Counted from the first letter of the whole stretch, positions 28,007 through 47,168 are shown. The stretch: 63,427 nucleotides of DNA, filler included, from Cercozoa sp. M6MM (GCA_040357565.1; 6 parts of 6 records of this genome joined end to end with filler, not necessarily neighbours in it); one strand, 5' to 3'. Translations and numbers: made by a program. Notes: a model not told the origin generated them from the sequence alone.

Positions 28007-29395
28007 TTATGATTCCTTTAGACGAAAACGTACTGGGTGGACGGGCGTAGTCGGCGCGAGACCTCGCGGGTCGACCAGATCGTCTTGTTCGTTGGCAATG
28101 CGAGCTTCCTCAATATCAGTCTACCCAAGGTCAAGGAGAGAATCTTTTCGTGTCATGAAGCGAGAAAGCTCAGTATGAAAAATACAGTGGAGGCGCGGGG
28201 CTGCGGTGCGAACATGCGGTCAAAGTCGTACCTGGGTGGTTTCTCCACTGAGTAGAACTGGACCTGCAAAGAGTGTATGATTTTTTTAATCTCGCCCGTA
28301 TGTACTGTACAATAAAGCACTACACAGACAGAACTGAACGGACCGAGGAGGAGTCATCGTCGGTGTCTGCCTGAGTGTCGGCAGTGCTGCTGTGCACGCT
28401 GGCGAGGTCGTCGCCGGAACTGCTGCTGTCGACGTCGTTGTCGGCGCTCTCAGCATTCAGCTGACTGACAGGGTTGGCACTGATTGGGTCAGTACTGTCA
28501 CTGCTCGGAGCAGCCTCCACGGAGGCCACGTGCACCTCGGCCGAGGCACTGCGAGTGACCGCGACTGGAGGAACTTCACCAGTTTGAGCACTCGCCATCG
28601 CTGTTGCAGCCGGATTGCTCGAAACAGCGGCACTGACAGAAGGAGGAGCAACAGATGCTTGTTTCTCTGGGATAGGTTTCTGTCGCGAGCGTCGTCTTTC
28701 CGACAAGGCTACAGACACCGTTGTTTCACAAGGTACTGGAAAGAGGGGAACTAACCTCTGACCGTGGCAATTGTGAGCATCTTGCCGTACTAATTTTATA
28801 AGTATACTGTATCATAGGTGAAGTCTAGTATTGGGTAGACCACAGCAGTACCTCGTTGCTCAAGTGAGCCTGCTGGGCCAGCAGCGAGATGTAAGTCGGC
28901 AGGGTTCGTCGTTCCTGGTGAACAAAAGTCATGCATGCACTCAGTTGAAGTTACATGCAGTGTCAGTGTCTAGAACTGCATGCACCTGGTGCTGTGCGAA
29001 ACTCGGATCCGCAATGGGATGGATGAACTCGAGGTCGGTCGCAAAGTTCAGCAGTTTCTGCCAAACCAAATCTCAGTCGAACACTAGAACAGTTGAAATT
29101 AATGATGAAAACACTGTACCAGTTTCTTCTCGGCCACTTGGCGAAAACGACGAGGCAGTTCGAATGCAACGACGCTTTCGATTTGTTTCTTGCCTTGTTT
29201 GCTCTTGAGCGATTCCATGCGCTGCGTGAATCTTTGCGAGGGCAAACAAGGCAAGTCAGGTCAATGCGCAATTCAGTCGATGTTAAAGCGGGAAAAATCA
29301 CATGAAACAGAGACGCGAGAGTCGATCGAGACTCGCAATGACACGCTGCTTGAACAGTTCGTTGCTCGTGATATGACTAGAGGTTCGCTCTAGTG
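28007..29395 (-). CDS. hypothetical protein, 3' part (5' lost at contig end), Ser/Ala/Asp-rich tail
   Basis: Exons FTQRMESLKSKQGKKQIESVVAFELPRRFRQVAEKKL, LVWQKLLNFATDLEFIHP, ERRTLPTYISLLAQQ, a low-complexity exon, and last exon TDIEEARIANEQ..RLKES*. Confidence 0.55.
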
Positions 29396-29399
29396 CTGT

Positions 29400-29446
<47 letters not shown>

Positions 29447-29546
29447 NNNNNNNNNNNNNNNNNNNNNNNNNNNNNNNNNNNNNNNNNNNNTTAATTAATT
29501 AANNNNNNNNNNNNNNNNNNNNNNNNNNNNNNNNNNNNNNNNNNNN

Positions 29547-30360
29547 AGGGGTAGGGGGTAGGGGGCAGGGTAGGGGGGTAAAGGGGTCGGCACCCTCCAA
29601 CTCGTCCTCGATGATCTTCTTGTGCTGCATGGGCTTGCTGGCATCCAGCACGATGAGGATCAAGTCGCAGGTCCGCGCGGCGCCAATCACCTGGCGACCG
29701 CGACCCTTGCCGTCCTTGGCGCCCTCGATGATTCCCGGCAAGTCCAGCAGCTGCAGGTTGCAGCCCTTGTACTGGAAGGTTCCTGAGATCAAGGGGAGGA
29801 GTAAGGGGTAGGGGTAAGAGGGTAAGGGGGTAAGAAGCCTACCCGGGATGGCAGTGAGCGTAGTGAACTCGTAGTCGGCCGACTCGCTCTCGGTGCCCGT
29901 GATCTTGGTCAGCAGCGTGCTCTTGCCCACGGAGGGAAAGCCGATCATGCCGACGCGTGCGTCGCCCGACTTTGACACGTCAAAGCCCTGCTCGCGCGCG
30001 GGGGGGGGGGGGTACAAGGGTACAAGAGTAAAGAAAAGGTAAAGGGGGTAAGAGAGGGGGCAAAACGGAGCAAACCTCGCCACCGCCGCCGCCGCTGCTC
30101 TTGGAAGCTGCCTCGAGATCCTCGCGCTTCAGCTTGGCCAGCTTGGCCTATGTCAACATCATACACAGACAGGCATACAAATACATTGACGACTGGGACT
30201 ACCTTCAAGCGACCCAGATGACCAGCGGTGGCCTTGTTCTTCTGCGTTCTGGCCATCTCATCCTCGATCTCTGCGCAGCAGCAGCGATGACGCAATCTCA
30301 CACAGCACCCACAAAACTGTGGCAAACACTACCCTTGATTTTCGCCGCGTTACTCGACAT
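29547..30360 (-). CDS. DRG1: developmentally regulated GTP-binding protein (DRG1-type), 5' part
   Basis: [80 protein letters not shown]. Confidence 0.93.
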
Positions 30361-30641
30361 GACTGCGCCTGTTCACTAGTACACTGATCCTAGTCACTCG
30401 CGGCGTCTCGCTACCCGCCGTTAGTCGCCATTTTATTTTTCGCCGTCCATTTGGACCGACAATGGACTGACCAACTCCCAAAGGACCTTGTTTTTCTTGT
30501 TGTCGACCCGTTGCTAGTGCTTAGCACTAAGACGTAGTTACAGTGTTCTTGTGTTGCCTTTTGAAGCAACTTGGGGTCCTGCAGTGAGCGATCATCGTGT
30601 GCCCCATCGATCCGCGCGGACACTCCAGAAAGTCGGATCCG

Positions 30642-31426
30642 ATGCTTGCAGTCCGAACGAAGTTGTCCACTGAGGTACTGCACTGGCGATTATTGCGTGC
30701 CTCTGCTCCACTGGGAATCACTGAGAGCGCAACCTTGGAAATAGGTGAGCGCCAAGTTGGACTCGCTGATCAAGGCGAACGCCGTCGATGCCATTGCAGT
30801 GCTTCCGAACCCACACGATGACTCAACCCTCGTAATTGACAGAGACCTGTACCTTCCGTTTTGATTCGGTCTAAAGAAGTGACTCTCGTGCCTGGTGTGT
30901 TTGTAGCGACCTGCAGGCTGCTGGCAAGAAGTCCTGGCGTGAGGCGCTTGATTCAATTTCCGTCGTTTTGGCAGGTGTGCTTTTGCTTTGCTCGAAATAA
31001 GCTTTGGCCCTTTGGTTCTTTCATTTTCGCATTCTTCCCTTTTCATTGTCGCAAAGACGTGAAACAGCCCTGCTTTGTGTGTCTGGCGACGCCTCATGGC
31101 AGTCTCGGTATGTTCTCTCAGTAGTTCAGTATTATTATGGTTGCTTTGAGAATACACATGATTTCTCACAGGCCAGAGTGCAACAGCAGGCCTCACTTCA
31201 GGCGCTCAACTTAATGTAGGCATCTGCTATGTCTGTGTTTGTGTGTGTACGGTCAGTGGGATTTTCAAAATCTCACAATGAGCTCAGGGAGCCAAAGAGA
31301 CCGCTGTTTTCGGTGACTCGACCAACGTAAGCTATGCTTTACATTCCTTGTTGAACTGATACTTTCTTTACTGCCCTGATGCAGAAAAAAGGCGGTTTCC
31401 TGTCGCGACTGCGCGGCAAGAAACGC

Positions 31427-31460
<34 letters not shown>

Positions 31461-31991
31461 GCAACAACAGCAGCAGCAACGAATGCGCACGAAATGAAGA
31501 ACTACCCGAGTTGAATCCCGACACGGAACGCGCCTTGTCTGGAAGTGATCTGTTGCTGCTGCAGTTTGTGCCACTCGAGGTACTAGCTGTTTGACACTGA
31601 CTTTTCCTCTCCCTCCCCCAGCCTACCCCTCCCCCCTCAGTGTGACGCACGTGCCCGAATGATTCTGTCATCATCGAAACGCACGTTGGTCAAAGCGTGC
31701 GTGCAGAAGGTACTGTCAACACACAGGCTAGTCCTTGCCTGAACAAGTTTGCTCGCTTGAACAGACTGGTTCGTCGAGAGAAACGCCACGAGTGGAACTT
31801 TTCTTTGCCTCCCAAGCGTCCGAGACAGCTGCTGGTGGGTCCCTTTCTCTTGCTTTACCCCCAGCCACTTACTCCCTTTACCCCCCCCCCCATCGAACAG
31901 ACGAGTGGCTTCAGCAACGTCGCGGCTCGGATGATGAAGAACTCCTGTCAGGTACACTAACCTGTCTTACCTGTGCTACCACCTGTGCTAT

Positions 31992-32070
<79 letters not shown>

Positions 32071-34020
32071 TTTCAACAAGTGTGTTTGTGCAGTGTACGA
32101 GAAACTGCAGCGACAGGCAAAGCAAGAGGACGTCTACCGCGGCGCTTCCAGCGGCGAAATCGCCTCGCTGCGTCGCAACCAGGCAGCTTTACCTCCCTCC
32201 CCTGCCCCCTACCTGCTTTACCCCCCCCCCCGCAGGCACTAATCGCAGCGGCTCTGCGAGGCGAGCCGATGAACGAGTCGGAGCAGGCGCGTATCCAGGA
32301 AAAACTCTTCGCCACGCAGTCGCAGTCGGTACATATGGACAGTACATATGGACAGAGGGGTGTTGTGAAATGGACGGTACAAATGAACGAGTACAAAAGC
32401 AGTGCTCTTTGTGCAGGTGGAGGAACTCGTGTCGCAGGTGCAGCAGAAACTGCGACTCGTGCGCATCGTGCTTCCTGGCGATCTGGTAGACCCTTACCCC
32501 CCCCCCCCTCCCATCCCTTCCTTCTCAGCCCTATTCCCTCTTATCCTTCCCCCAGGGCACACTGTCATTCCGTGCGGGCGACTGCGAGACGCTGCTGGCG
32601 CTCAAGTCGACCGTGGCCAAAAAATGCGTCACACGCGGCGTGCTGTCCGAGGAGGTGGCACAACCCGAGTTTCTGGTACCTTCTACTGCTGCGTTTCTCT
32701 GCATTGTTGATGTCGCTGATCGATCGGAGGCTTGTGTGTGTGTTGTCTAGTACCTCAAATCGGCCAAGAAAAAGGGCGGCAAAACCTACAAGGACAACAC
32801 GCTGTATCTGCTCTCTTAATCACTTTATTGCACCCTTAAGTTCTTGCGATTGTGCCTTTTAATGTTGTTGCACCTTTAAATTATAAACAGTCGCGTGGTC
32901 GAAATGGCAGCCGACGTGTTTTTGTGGACGCAGACGCGTGAGGTATCCTTCCTTTAACACTCTTTACCTTCTTTCCCCCATTCACCCCCTCCCCCATTTA
33001 CCCCTCTTCTCGATCGCAGATTCCGCCAGCGATCGAGCTGCGGTTGAAATTCACGCGGCAGATGGGCAAGGGCGTTGGGCCCCATTTTACCCCCCCCCCC
33101 CCCTCTACTCCCATTTACCATTCCCCGTGGTGCAGTTCAAGAAGCACAAGCGCAACGTGCTAGAGAAACGCCGCCTGGTACGGGACCTGTGCTAGGGATA
33201 TAGATGTCCATATGTATGGTACAGATACGGATGTCTCCCTTGGGCAGGTTGGCTACAGCAGTCGCGGCTACAGTAAGGGCGCCTTCACGCAGGCGCAGCT
33301 TGAGGCTATTCAACGCGGCGACGAGTCGAACGAAGCGGCGCCGTCCGTTCCTACGGTACAATTGGACTGTACGTGGACTGTTCTTGTGTGTATATGTGTG
33401 TGTGTGTTTGTAGCACTCGCGCGTGCGTGGCAAGTCGGTGCTACCGGATCTGGTGGTACCGTTTTGGTCCTCTTAAAAATCCATCCTGAATAATCAACTT
33501 TTATAATTGTTTGGACAGGACTTCCCGGAGCAGTTGGACGAGAGTATCGACGAGAATGACGTTGCGCCGCCCGAGGATGCGCCGCCCGAGTTCGACAGTG
33601 TACAAGACTTGCCCGCCTACCCCCTGCCCTCTACCTTTATGTGTATCTGTGCAGGACTGGCTGAGCAGTGATGATTTGTTGGATGAGGATGGTACCCCTG
33701 ACTTGACTTAGCTGACTTAACTCCTCCACTGACTTGACTCAACTGACTCTGACTGGTCTGACTGATGGATTAACTGGACTGACTGAACTGAGCAGAGTCC
33801 GCCCTGGTTAGCGAGGACAGCGACTACGAGTCGGCGCCCGAGCAGCCTTCAGATGTGTGTTCCTTCCTTTTCTTCCTTCTCCTTGTCCCTGTGCCTGGAT
33901 TGCCTCTGTTGCCAGAGTGACATCGAGAAGGACTATGATGCAGCACCTGTGGGTCAATCGGTCCCTCAATCGGTCGCTGTTCCTGTCGACTCTGAATCCG
34001 AGGTGCAACTCCCCTCTCCC

Positions 34021-34064
<44 letters not shown>

Positions 34065-34181
34065 TTGTCCCCTATACACCCCTTCTTTACCCCTTTCCCC
34101 CAGATTGAGGATTTGCCGCCGCCGCCCTTGGGCGACGACTCGTCCGACGAGGAGTTCGTTGCACCGCCCGAGGATCCCTGA
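30642..34181 (+). CDS. large multi-exon adaptor-like protein: poly-Asn, PH-like segment, ubiquitin/RA-like segment, acidic Pro-rich tail
   Basis: About 20 exons splice in frame from MLAVRTKLSTE; contains KKGGFLSRLRGKKR(N)n, VELFFASQASETAADEWLQ, VRIVLPGDLGTLSFRAGDCETLLALKSTVAKK, and ends EDLPPPPLGDDSSDEEFVAPPEDP*. Domain calls tentative. Confidence 0.6.
31426..31480 (+). repeat. coding (AAC)n poly-Asn/Ser tract
   Basis: Direct inspection. Confidence 0.9.
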
Positions 34182-34713
34182 GTCCCCCTGTCCAACTCGG
34201 CTCGTCCTGCCTTCGTTTGTGTCCCCGGTCGACCGTCAACGGAAGACCCACGGCAGTCAATGGCGAGTCGATTGTCGGTCCGAGTCGGTCGAGAAACATA
34301 AACTGAAAACTGAAAGGCAACCCAATCGATCATAAACATTGTTACCGCTGCCCATTGCCTTCAAGCCACTCATTCGGCGATACGCAGTCATTATACTGTA
34401 CTTACAGCACAGAACTGCGTTTTTCACATTTCAGTCTTTCTAGATCCGATTGTCTCAGAATATGACTGACAACGTTTGTTTCAATTTCACAAGCCAGATG
34501 CACGTTCGCTTTATGCAGGACCGTATCTCACTCGACTCGACCGATCATTTTACGGGGACGAGTGGAACTGAACTGTCGTAAAGATTTTAACTTTCGCTGC
34601 CGTGACTAGACCCGACCAGCGTACCCGTACCGACAGAACCAGACTGACCGTGGCCAAATCCCGAAGTTAAACCTGACGTGGACCGCCAGTGGACAAACGA
34701 AGTGAAACGCCGA

Positions 34714-36031
<1,318 letters not shown>

Positions 36032-36458
36032 TTGTCCAGAACAAAAGGTGGACCGCACAAACACAGAGCGAACGCGAATACACAGCTGCTCACGAAGAGC
36101 AAAAACTTCTCATGACGAATTTTTGTACTTTTCACAGCATTCTCGCTCTTCACATCGCTCTTTGGCTGCTCTGCCATCACAGGTTTGGGCAACACGGTGT
36201 GCTCACAGGCCGGGTTGCACTGCTGAGCGTTGATGCTGCCCTGTGGGACTGTATCGGATTCCCACTTTATCGACAGTTGGACCAAGAAACTGGCATTTTT
36301 TCAGGCGCTGTAGCCACCCCAACTATTTCTTGCTGTGGGCTTCATTAAATCCAATATCCTTTCTAGGACGCGGCTGAAACTACAAAAGTACACCTTTGAC
36401 GAAAGGATCCACTCTTTCCGGGTAGGTCATATCGGAAACTGTTGCCCAGTCTGCTCAA

Positions 36459-38547
36459 ATGCTGTTGGTGATCTGGATTGTTTTTCTCTTTTCTCACGAA
36501 ACTTCGATGCTGCAGGCGCTGACGACATTACTGAGCATTTCTGCGATACTTGTAGCCGTTTTTCGAGAACGAACACAGTCAAATATAACGGTGCTTCAAT
36601 TTTGGGTTTTGGGTCAGGAAGATGGTGCACCTCAATCACTTGTCTTGGGTCCTCAGCAAGCAGAGAGCACAATGAGTCAAACTGCACTGCGTTCGGTGCG
36701 ACAAATCGTCCAAACCATTGAGAAGCCAGAGGGTCAGAAAGTGATGGTATTAAACTTAAGTTTAGAATAAGATTTACTGTTAAACTTATATGAAGTGCAT
36801 TTTTGTTTTTAACCGGCAGGTTCGACGAGCAATCGGAAACCGTCAGTTGTAATACTTTGCAGCTGCACTCCAATCCACCAAAGAAATCAATTCCTTTGAC
36901 TTCAGGCCTCGTATCGACCCATTCCTCATGTTGGACGAATTCTGCATGAAAGTTGCCGACCTCGCAGTAATTCAAATATCAATATACCATGGATCCTGTC
37001 TTGCGCGCAAACTTACATGAGTTGCCGTTTACAACCGTATTTACCCTGCCCAGCCAGGTGCTGGGTTTCCTCCGCATCCTCATCGCGGCTTTGAGACCGT
37101 GACCTACATGCTTGAGGGCAGCAACAGTCATCGCGACTTCAAGGTACCAGCTCTCAATCTCTAAAGCACATGTGTTGTATCAATGCTGGCTTACTATGTA
37201 GGGTAATCATGGAATCTTGAATCCTGGAGACTTGCAGTGTACCTAGCCTCTCTTTGTTTCATCATTAAATTTAGTCTGATGATAGCTACTTACCTATGTC
37301 TATTAAATAACAGGGATGACAGCAGGGCGTGGCATCGTAAAGATATCTTCTTTCCCCAGCAATACCAGTAATATTTAACTTAAAGAAACGGTCTGTTTGC
37401 TCATCAGGTGCACTCCGAGATGCCGCATGCGGCTGTACTTTACTGCTACAGTATTGAGAGTAGCAGTGCTGTTCTTAGAAACCTTTGAGTGTAATCTTAC
37501 CTGTAGGACCCGGAAACAGGTCGACTGCGAGGTCTACAGTTGTGGGTCAACCTGCCACGCAACAAAAAGATGATGAAGCCACGATACCAGGTGTGCAATT
37601 CAGCACTACACTGTTTGAAATTTACGGTTAAGTTTATTGTACTGCAGGAACTGAAGTCAGCAGACGTGCCAGAAGTCGTCTCGGAGGATGGACTCGTATA
37701 CATCTTTCTTGCTGACTGGGGACACCTTTGACTTGTTGGAGTAAGCTGAGTGTGTAGAGTCATGTGCGCGTGTTTGCTGGCTCGTCAATGGGCACAAGCG
37801 CAACTGTTCGCACTGTCACACCGATCACTTACTTGCAGGTATAGTTGAAGTTCTTCTTTCGGTTGTTTCGACACAGGAATGTGATGCAACAACAGGTGAC
37901 CTTGCAACCGGGTGGTTTGTTCTCGCAAAACATCGAACAAGACTGGAACGCCTTCCTCTACATCGTGGATGGAGAGGTACTTTGCATTTATCGCTTTCTA
38001 AGTGTCACTCTTATGTGCAAGTAGGTTACTGTGAACAATCGAACAGTTGGGACGCAGCGTGTACCTATCATACACATGTTCACTTGTATAAAGTTACCTT
38101 CATCGTTTGGTTTGCTCGCGACAGGTTGTTGAGTTTGCTCGAGATGGCACCAAAGTCACAGTGTCGTGCGATTCTGCTGCTGCGGTACTGTATTCCTTTT
38201 CGTGTGAGAACCGTCGAAGTCGTTTGGAAGTTGTTTGGCGTTTCTAGGAGAGTGCGAGATTCGTGCTGTGTGCTGGCAAACCATTGGATGAGCCGGTACC
38301 CGCAGGATTCTTGCCATCTCTTGTTATGTTAAGAAGGAGATGACCGCAGGTGGCACAATACGGTCCCTTCGTAATGAGTACGCCGGAACAGCTTGACAAG
38401 ACCATCCATGACTACCAGGTACAGTCATATTTCCGTATCCTTCATTTTCTTCCATTCCGCGGGATTCTGCGTGTTGTTTCCATGCAGACGCAAACAAATG
38501 GCTTTGAGGGAACCCAGCAGTTCCTTCGCGACTTTAATGGCAACTGA
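36459..38547 (+). CDS. pirin (cupin) family protein; internal ATG at 36672
   Basis: [75 protein letters not shown]. Confidence 0.93.
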
Positions 38548-38689
38548 ACCAATGTAAATACACATTTACAATACGAGCATACAGCCAGAATCGGTACCGC
38601 ACGGACAAAGTCGACGCGTGCTTGTCGCACTAAAGTACAGTACTACTAATTTAAAGCGCGCGATCGTACTGTACGCGTGTCGCTTATGT

Positions 38690-38860
38690 CTACGTTAGGG
38701 TAGTCTTAGAAAGTACGGTACCGTAGACAGTCAGTTAGAGTCCTGCCCTAAGAGGGCGGTAGACACGGCCATGGTGTTGTGACCCACCCGCACTGGTGCG
38801 GGGAAACTGCTTGGTTGGTTTCTTGGAAGACAACTAAGTTTAACTAGCTGACAGTCAGTC
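38690..38860 (+). mobile_element. short 3'-end copy of the same retroelement family
   Basis: GACCCACCCGCACTGGTGCGGGGAAACTGCTTGGTTGGTTTC..AACTAAGTTTAACTA aligns with 18263-18350. Confidence 0.55.
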
Positions 38861-38940
38861 GGTTCTGTTCGGCAAGCGATGCTACAGTATACGTATTTCG
38901 ATTCACCTTCTGGTGCTACTTAGGCCGATACTGCTTGAGG

Positions 38941-43171
<4,231 letters not shown>

Positions 43172-43414
43172 TTGTCACTTTTCCGTTTCTCGAGAGGGTA
43201 ACACTCAATGTCGTCCGTCTTACTATACACACAAGATAGCGAGCAAAGGAGTCGAACTGAGCAGACGTTTGAAACACCCTCGTGCTTGCGTAAGGTCAAA
43301 TGCGTCAGTTTAAGCGCAAACTCGCTCGCGAATCTCCGAAGAAACTCAAGCTTGCACAAGTCGCGCAAGCAAAGCGCAGATCGTGGTTCAGATGCACAAC
43401 TGCAGTAAGCACAG

Positions 43415-44988
43415 ATGGCACCACCGCCTACGGCACCGCCTGTAGTTGGCGGTGTGCCAATCACCGGTGCTACGCTTGCGTGCATCAACTTGGCTGTCGG
43501 CACTCTACTATTTCTCTTGCGGCAGCAAGATAAAGTCGTGCTTTTTCGTACGGCGTTTTCGCCTCTCTCCTTGATATTCAATACAGGATAGAGTTGAGAG
43601 GTTTGTACTGTCTTGTACCGCGTACTGTACATTTGCAGTCACTGGAGGTGCAGGTGGCGCTTTTGCCACCCACTGCGCGTTGCGCGCGGCTGCGACGTCG
43701 CCGACAGCTTCGCCTTGGCTCGTGCAAGACAACCAGGTGGGTTCAAATCGTTTTGATAAGCCACTGGCGCTCGGTTTTGGACGTTGAGCATCTTGGTTTA
43801 TGAACACGAGTGTAGACCGCGCTGTTCATCGTTTTGGTGGCAGGCGTCTTATCTGGTGTGCTCTTCTGCTGCTTCGAGAGCATTGCGAAGTTCTGCGTCG
43901 GGGTGATTGTCGGTGTCGTTCTTGGATTGTCTACTTCGGCAGCAGCAGCACAAGTAAGCACTCGCACTCTTTCTGTCTCGAGTTCCTTGTTTCTACAAAA
44001 CGCAAGAGGACGTGTGAAATCAGATCTTTGGCGTGCACAAGACCAGTCTCGCTGTCTTTACGGGTCTGTGGACACTCGGTCTCGTTTGCGCTTGCGTCGC
44101 TCTCCTGTGGTATTCAACTGGTCGCGTATTTTCTTTGGCATCCGCCCTGAAACACAGTGTCCGTGTCCAGGTGGCTGATGAGAAAGGTGTTCCGAACCGT
44201 GTGCATCATCCTCGCGGCCTACCTTATTGCTGCCGGCGCAGAGTTCTGGCTGCTGCAAGGTAAGACACATTGCCGTCAACATTCTCTAAATAGATCTATC
44301 CTGTTGGTATGCCTCAGCGCTGAACAAGGGGGCGGGCGGCAGTTCCACCGATGTGGATGGCTGCCTTTCCGTGGACGCAGTTATCGATGCACTCTTGGTG
44401 GAACAAGCACCAAAAGGCTGGGCATGTTTCGCAGCACTCGCTTTGTGGATTCTGTTAGCATTTGGAATGCTGTACTGGCACATGCGCTCTTCTTCGTCCT
44501 CTCTCTTTAGCCGAAGTGAAAAGAGCAGTGATATCGAGATGCCAGGACCGGGGTACAGGCAGCTTACAGTCACTGCTGTACTTCAAAGATAAACTGCCTC
44601 CTTACCTCGTTTGCGCAGAGGTGGGAATAAGAGTGAACTTGCGAAGGTAGACAGCACTTTCAAACTTCGACGTGCGCGACATGTGGACGAGCTGACGCAT
44701 GAGGAGGATGACGAATTCGAGAATCGCAGCCACAGGAATGCCTACTCCCTGAGCGGTCGTCGTTTTTTCGATTTTGAGTACACCAACCGAGACCCAGCAC
44801 CGGCAACTGAGCAAAAGAAAGAGCAAGCCGAGTCGACAAGTGAAAAAAGTCGATCGCGCTTCAGCGACTTCACCCCGAGAGCGGTATCGATACAGTCTTT
44901 TTTTTTCTGTTTTTGTTTCGCACTCAGCTTCTGATTGGAATAGGTTCTGGCACGATGGCAGCGACGTCGCTCACGTCAATCCCACTAA
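43415..44988 (+). CDS. multi-pass membrane protein, DUF4203/TMEM198-like
   Basis: About 7 Gly-rich hydrophobic segments (LACINLAVGTLLFLL, ALFIVLVAGVLSGVLF, FCVGVIVGVVLG, ILAAYLIAAGAEFW, ALALWILLAFGMLYW) and a charged cytosolic tail. Confidence 0.65.
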
Positions 44989-45382
44989 GCGCGTTCATGC
45001 TGTTAGACGACCCTCAAGAGTCGTCGCCAAGCACGATTCCCAAAAACAAGCTACGGCGCCAGGAGCGCTCCGTAATAATAAATTGATTACAAAACTAAAT
45101 TTATATGGAAAAAAATCCGAACGATAAGATTACAACATAGTCAGTTAAACTGTTAGTGGGTGTTGTTCAACTTTAACTGTTTGTGACTACCAATCGGGCC
45201 GCGTGATGGATTAACACCTGAAGGATACCCCGTTGATCGATACTTCACCCAGTACCGTCCCGAACTACCACCAGTACGCACACGGTACGTCGAATGTAGG
45301 TTCTACGGCTCGGCTCTGCTCTCGAGGTTCCTAGTTTGTCGCGGCACGTGGATGTTCTTTCATTTCGCACCACACGAGTTGT

Positions 45383-46577
45383 TTAGAGGCGTCGCCACGA
45401 GTTCACACGTGTGTAGCGCGACAGCAGAACGAAAAGGCGTCGGAACCACACCCACTGAGACGCGTGTGCCTGTTAACAATCACTTGAGTCTGTTTGCGTT
45501 GAAGCATCGTGTGTTGTACCTGCATGGCTTGCACATTAATAGCAGTGTGCTCATTGGACAGAACGACGTTGCTTTCGCGACTGCAGTGTGTAGATTAAGA
45601 TCAATCATAAGGCACACTCTGACAGTCAGAAAGAGAAGAGTACAGCAGCAAGAGAGCGTCCAATGGAATGCAGTACTTGCGCCAAATCGGGACCTGTGCG
45701 TGTTTGAAAACTTAAAACCATGACACATCGTACCAGCAACAAACATACCGACTCAAGGACATACTTGAGAGAATGCGGCACCAGTTTGACGCCCCTATCA
45801 GCAGACCCACGTATCGTAACAAAGAGTGCAGAAGCGGAGGATACCGGTAGGTAGCAATGTGATTGGGATGGCCACTCACACCGTAGTCATCAAAAGTGAG
45901 AACCATGTCGACTTTATTTCGGAGAGTGTTGTCGATGTGCGACTGTACGGCGTCTCTCACCGCTGCACAAAAAAAAACAGCACACACGTCTCCTCACTTC
46001 TGTTTGCGTATTTTTAAACATACCCGCGGAACTCCATAAAACGGGGCCGTCCTTCATTAATGAGTGGTCCTACTTGTGCCAAGTTGCAGTAAGAAGTGGC
46101 ACCTCCGCTGGTATGACAGAAAATACCAGAACTGTCACGTCACCGGAAACGCCGAGTTTCAGCGCCGCCTTTCGCAACTCTGCCGCGCGCGTTGTGACGC
46201 CTTTAAAAACGACACTCAAACAATTGAGATATCAAAATTCAGAACAACCGACAGACAAAAACAAAACAGAACATTACCGTCGTAGTCACCGTTGCAGAGA
46301 CACAGAATGTTCACCGTTCCTCCTGTAGGTGCAAACGCCATGAATACTGGACACGGACTGACAAGAACAGTCGAACTGTACCCATGAGTTGAATACGTCG
46401 GATTGTCGGTACGAAAAACATGCTTTCGTCATCGGGATGAGCAATCACTAGCAACACATGTCTTGGCTCGGCCTGCTCGAGAAACGCCGACTTCCGCGCG
46501 GAGACGCGCGCATACGACCATCGCGTGCAGATGGCTAGCAGCACAGGCAATATCACTCCTAAAACCCACTTTATCAT
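45383..46577 (-). CDS. PIGL: GlcNAc-PI de-N-acetylase
   Basis: N-terminal TM segment, VLLVIAHPDDESMFFVPTI, LCLCNGDYDG, VLTFDDYGVSGHPNHIA, C-terminal YTRVNSW. Confidence 0.95.
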
Positions 46578-46732
46578 TGTGAAATCTATCTTGGCACACG
46601 GCCAAGCGCAGCTAGCTGCGCGTTGTCGTCAACCGAAACAGAGCGCCGTCTTTTAATTTATTACTAAACAAAAAGTTGGTTTTAGGCATCAGTGAGCAGC
46701 CGTCCACGTGTGTTCATAGTTTCAGCAGTACA

Positions 46733-47111
46733 ATGCGCCTACTGCCACCTCCGCCCATCGACGCAAAGTTCTTGGATCCTCTGACGACTCGTTCGGCCAT
46801 CTTGCGGGTGTCACATTCTGCTGCGTTTCTCTATTCTGATCACAGTCGAGCACTCTTCTTTTTGCCAATAGCCTGAGCGAGCGTCTCTGTGGGACCAAAC
46901 ACAAGATAATGCACAGCATGTAAGTTTCCAGTGCGAGTTTAATGATCACTGGTCTGTCATTTTCTGTTTTTGTTTGAGGAAAGCAGGATTTGTCACTCAC
47001 GTGCCTTGTGATGGCCGAAGCGATGCGTCCACGCGCCGGAGTTGCTCGCACAGCGGCGGACGATGCATTGTTGAATGCTGTACCAACTCTCTCTCTCTCT
47101 CTCTCTCTCTC

Positions 47112-47168
<57 letters not shown>

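Noticed and set aside
30462-30600. ATG-GAC-TGA and cag|TGA as selenocysteine codons
   Set aside because: A downstream ATG at 30642 gives a complete frame; no redox motif or SECIS was found.
31735-32862. Long ORF-track entries with CVCV/HTHT/YIYI/LPTY runs
   Set aside because: Read-through of intronic microsatellites or antisense shadows of GC-rich exons, not real proteins.
34335-34422. Two minus-strand hairpins ending near ACA as H/ACA snoRNA or SECIS
   Set aside because: No ANANNA hinge between the hairpins, no correctly placed AUGA/GA quartet, and no UGA-containing gene nearby.
45140-45340. Possible fourth retroelement copy in the DUF4203/PIG-L convergent gap
   Set aside because: Only a weak TAAC-like tail resemblance; the shared GGGAAACT..GGTTTC core is absent.
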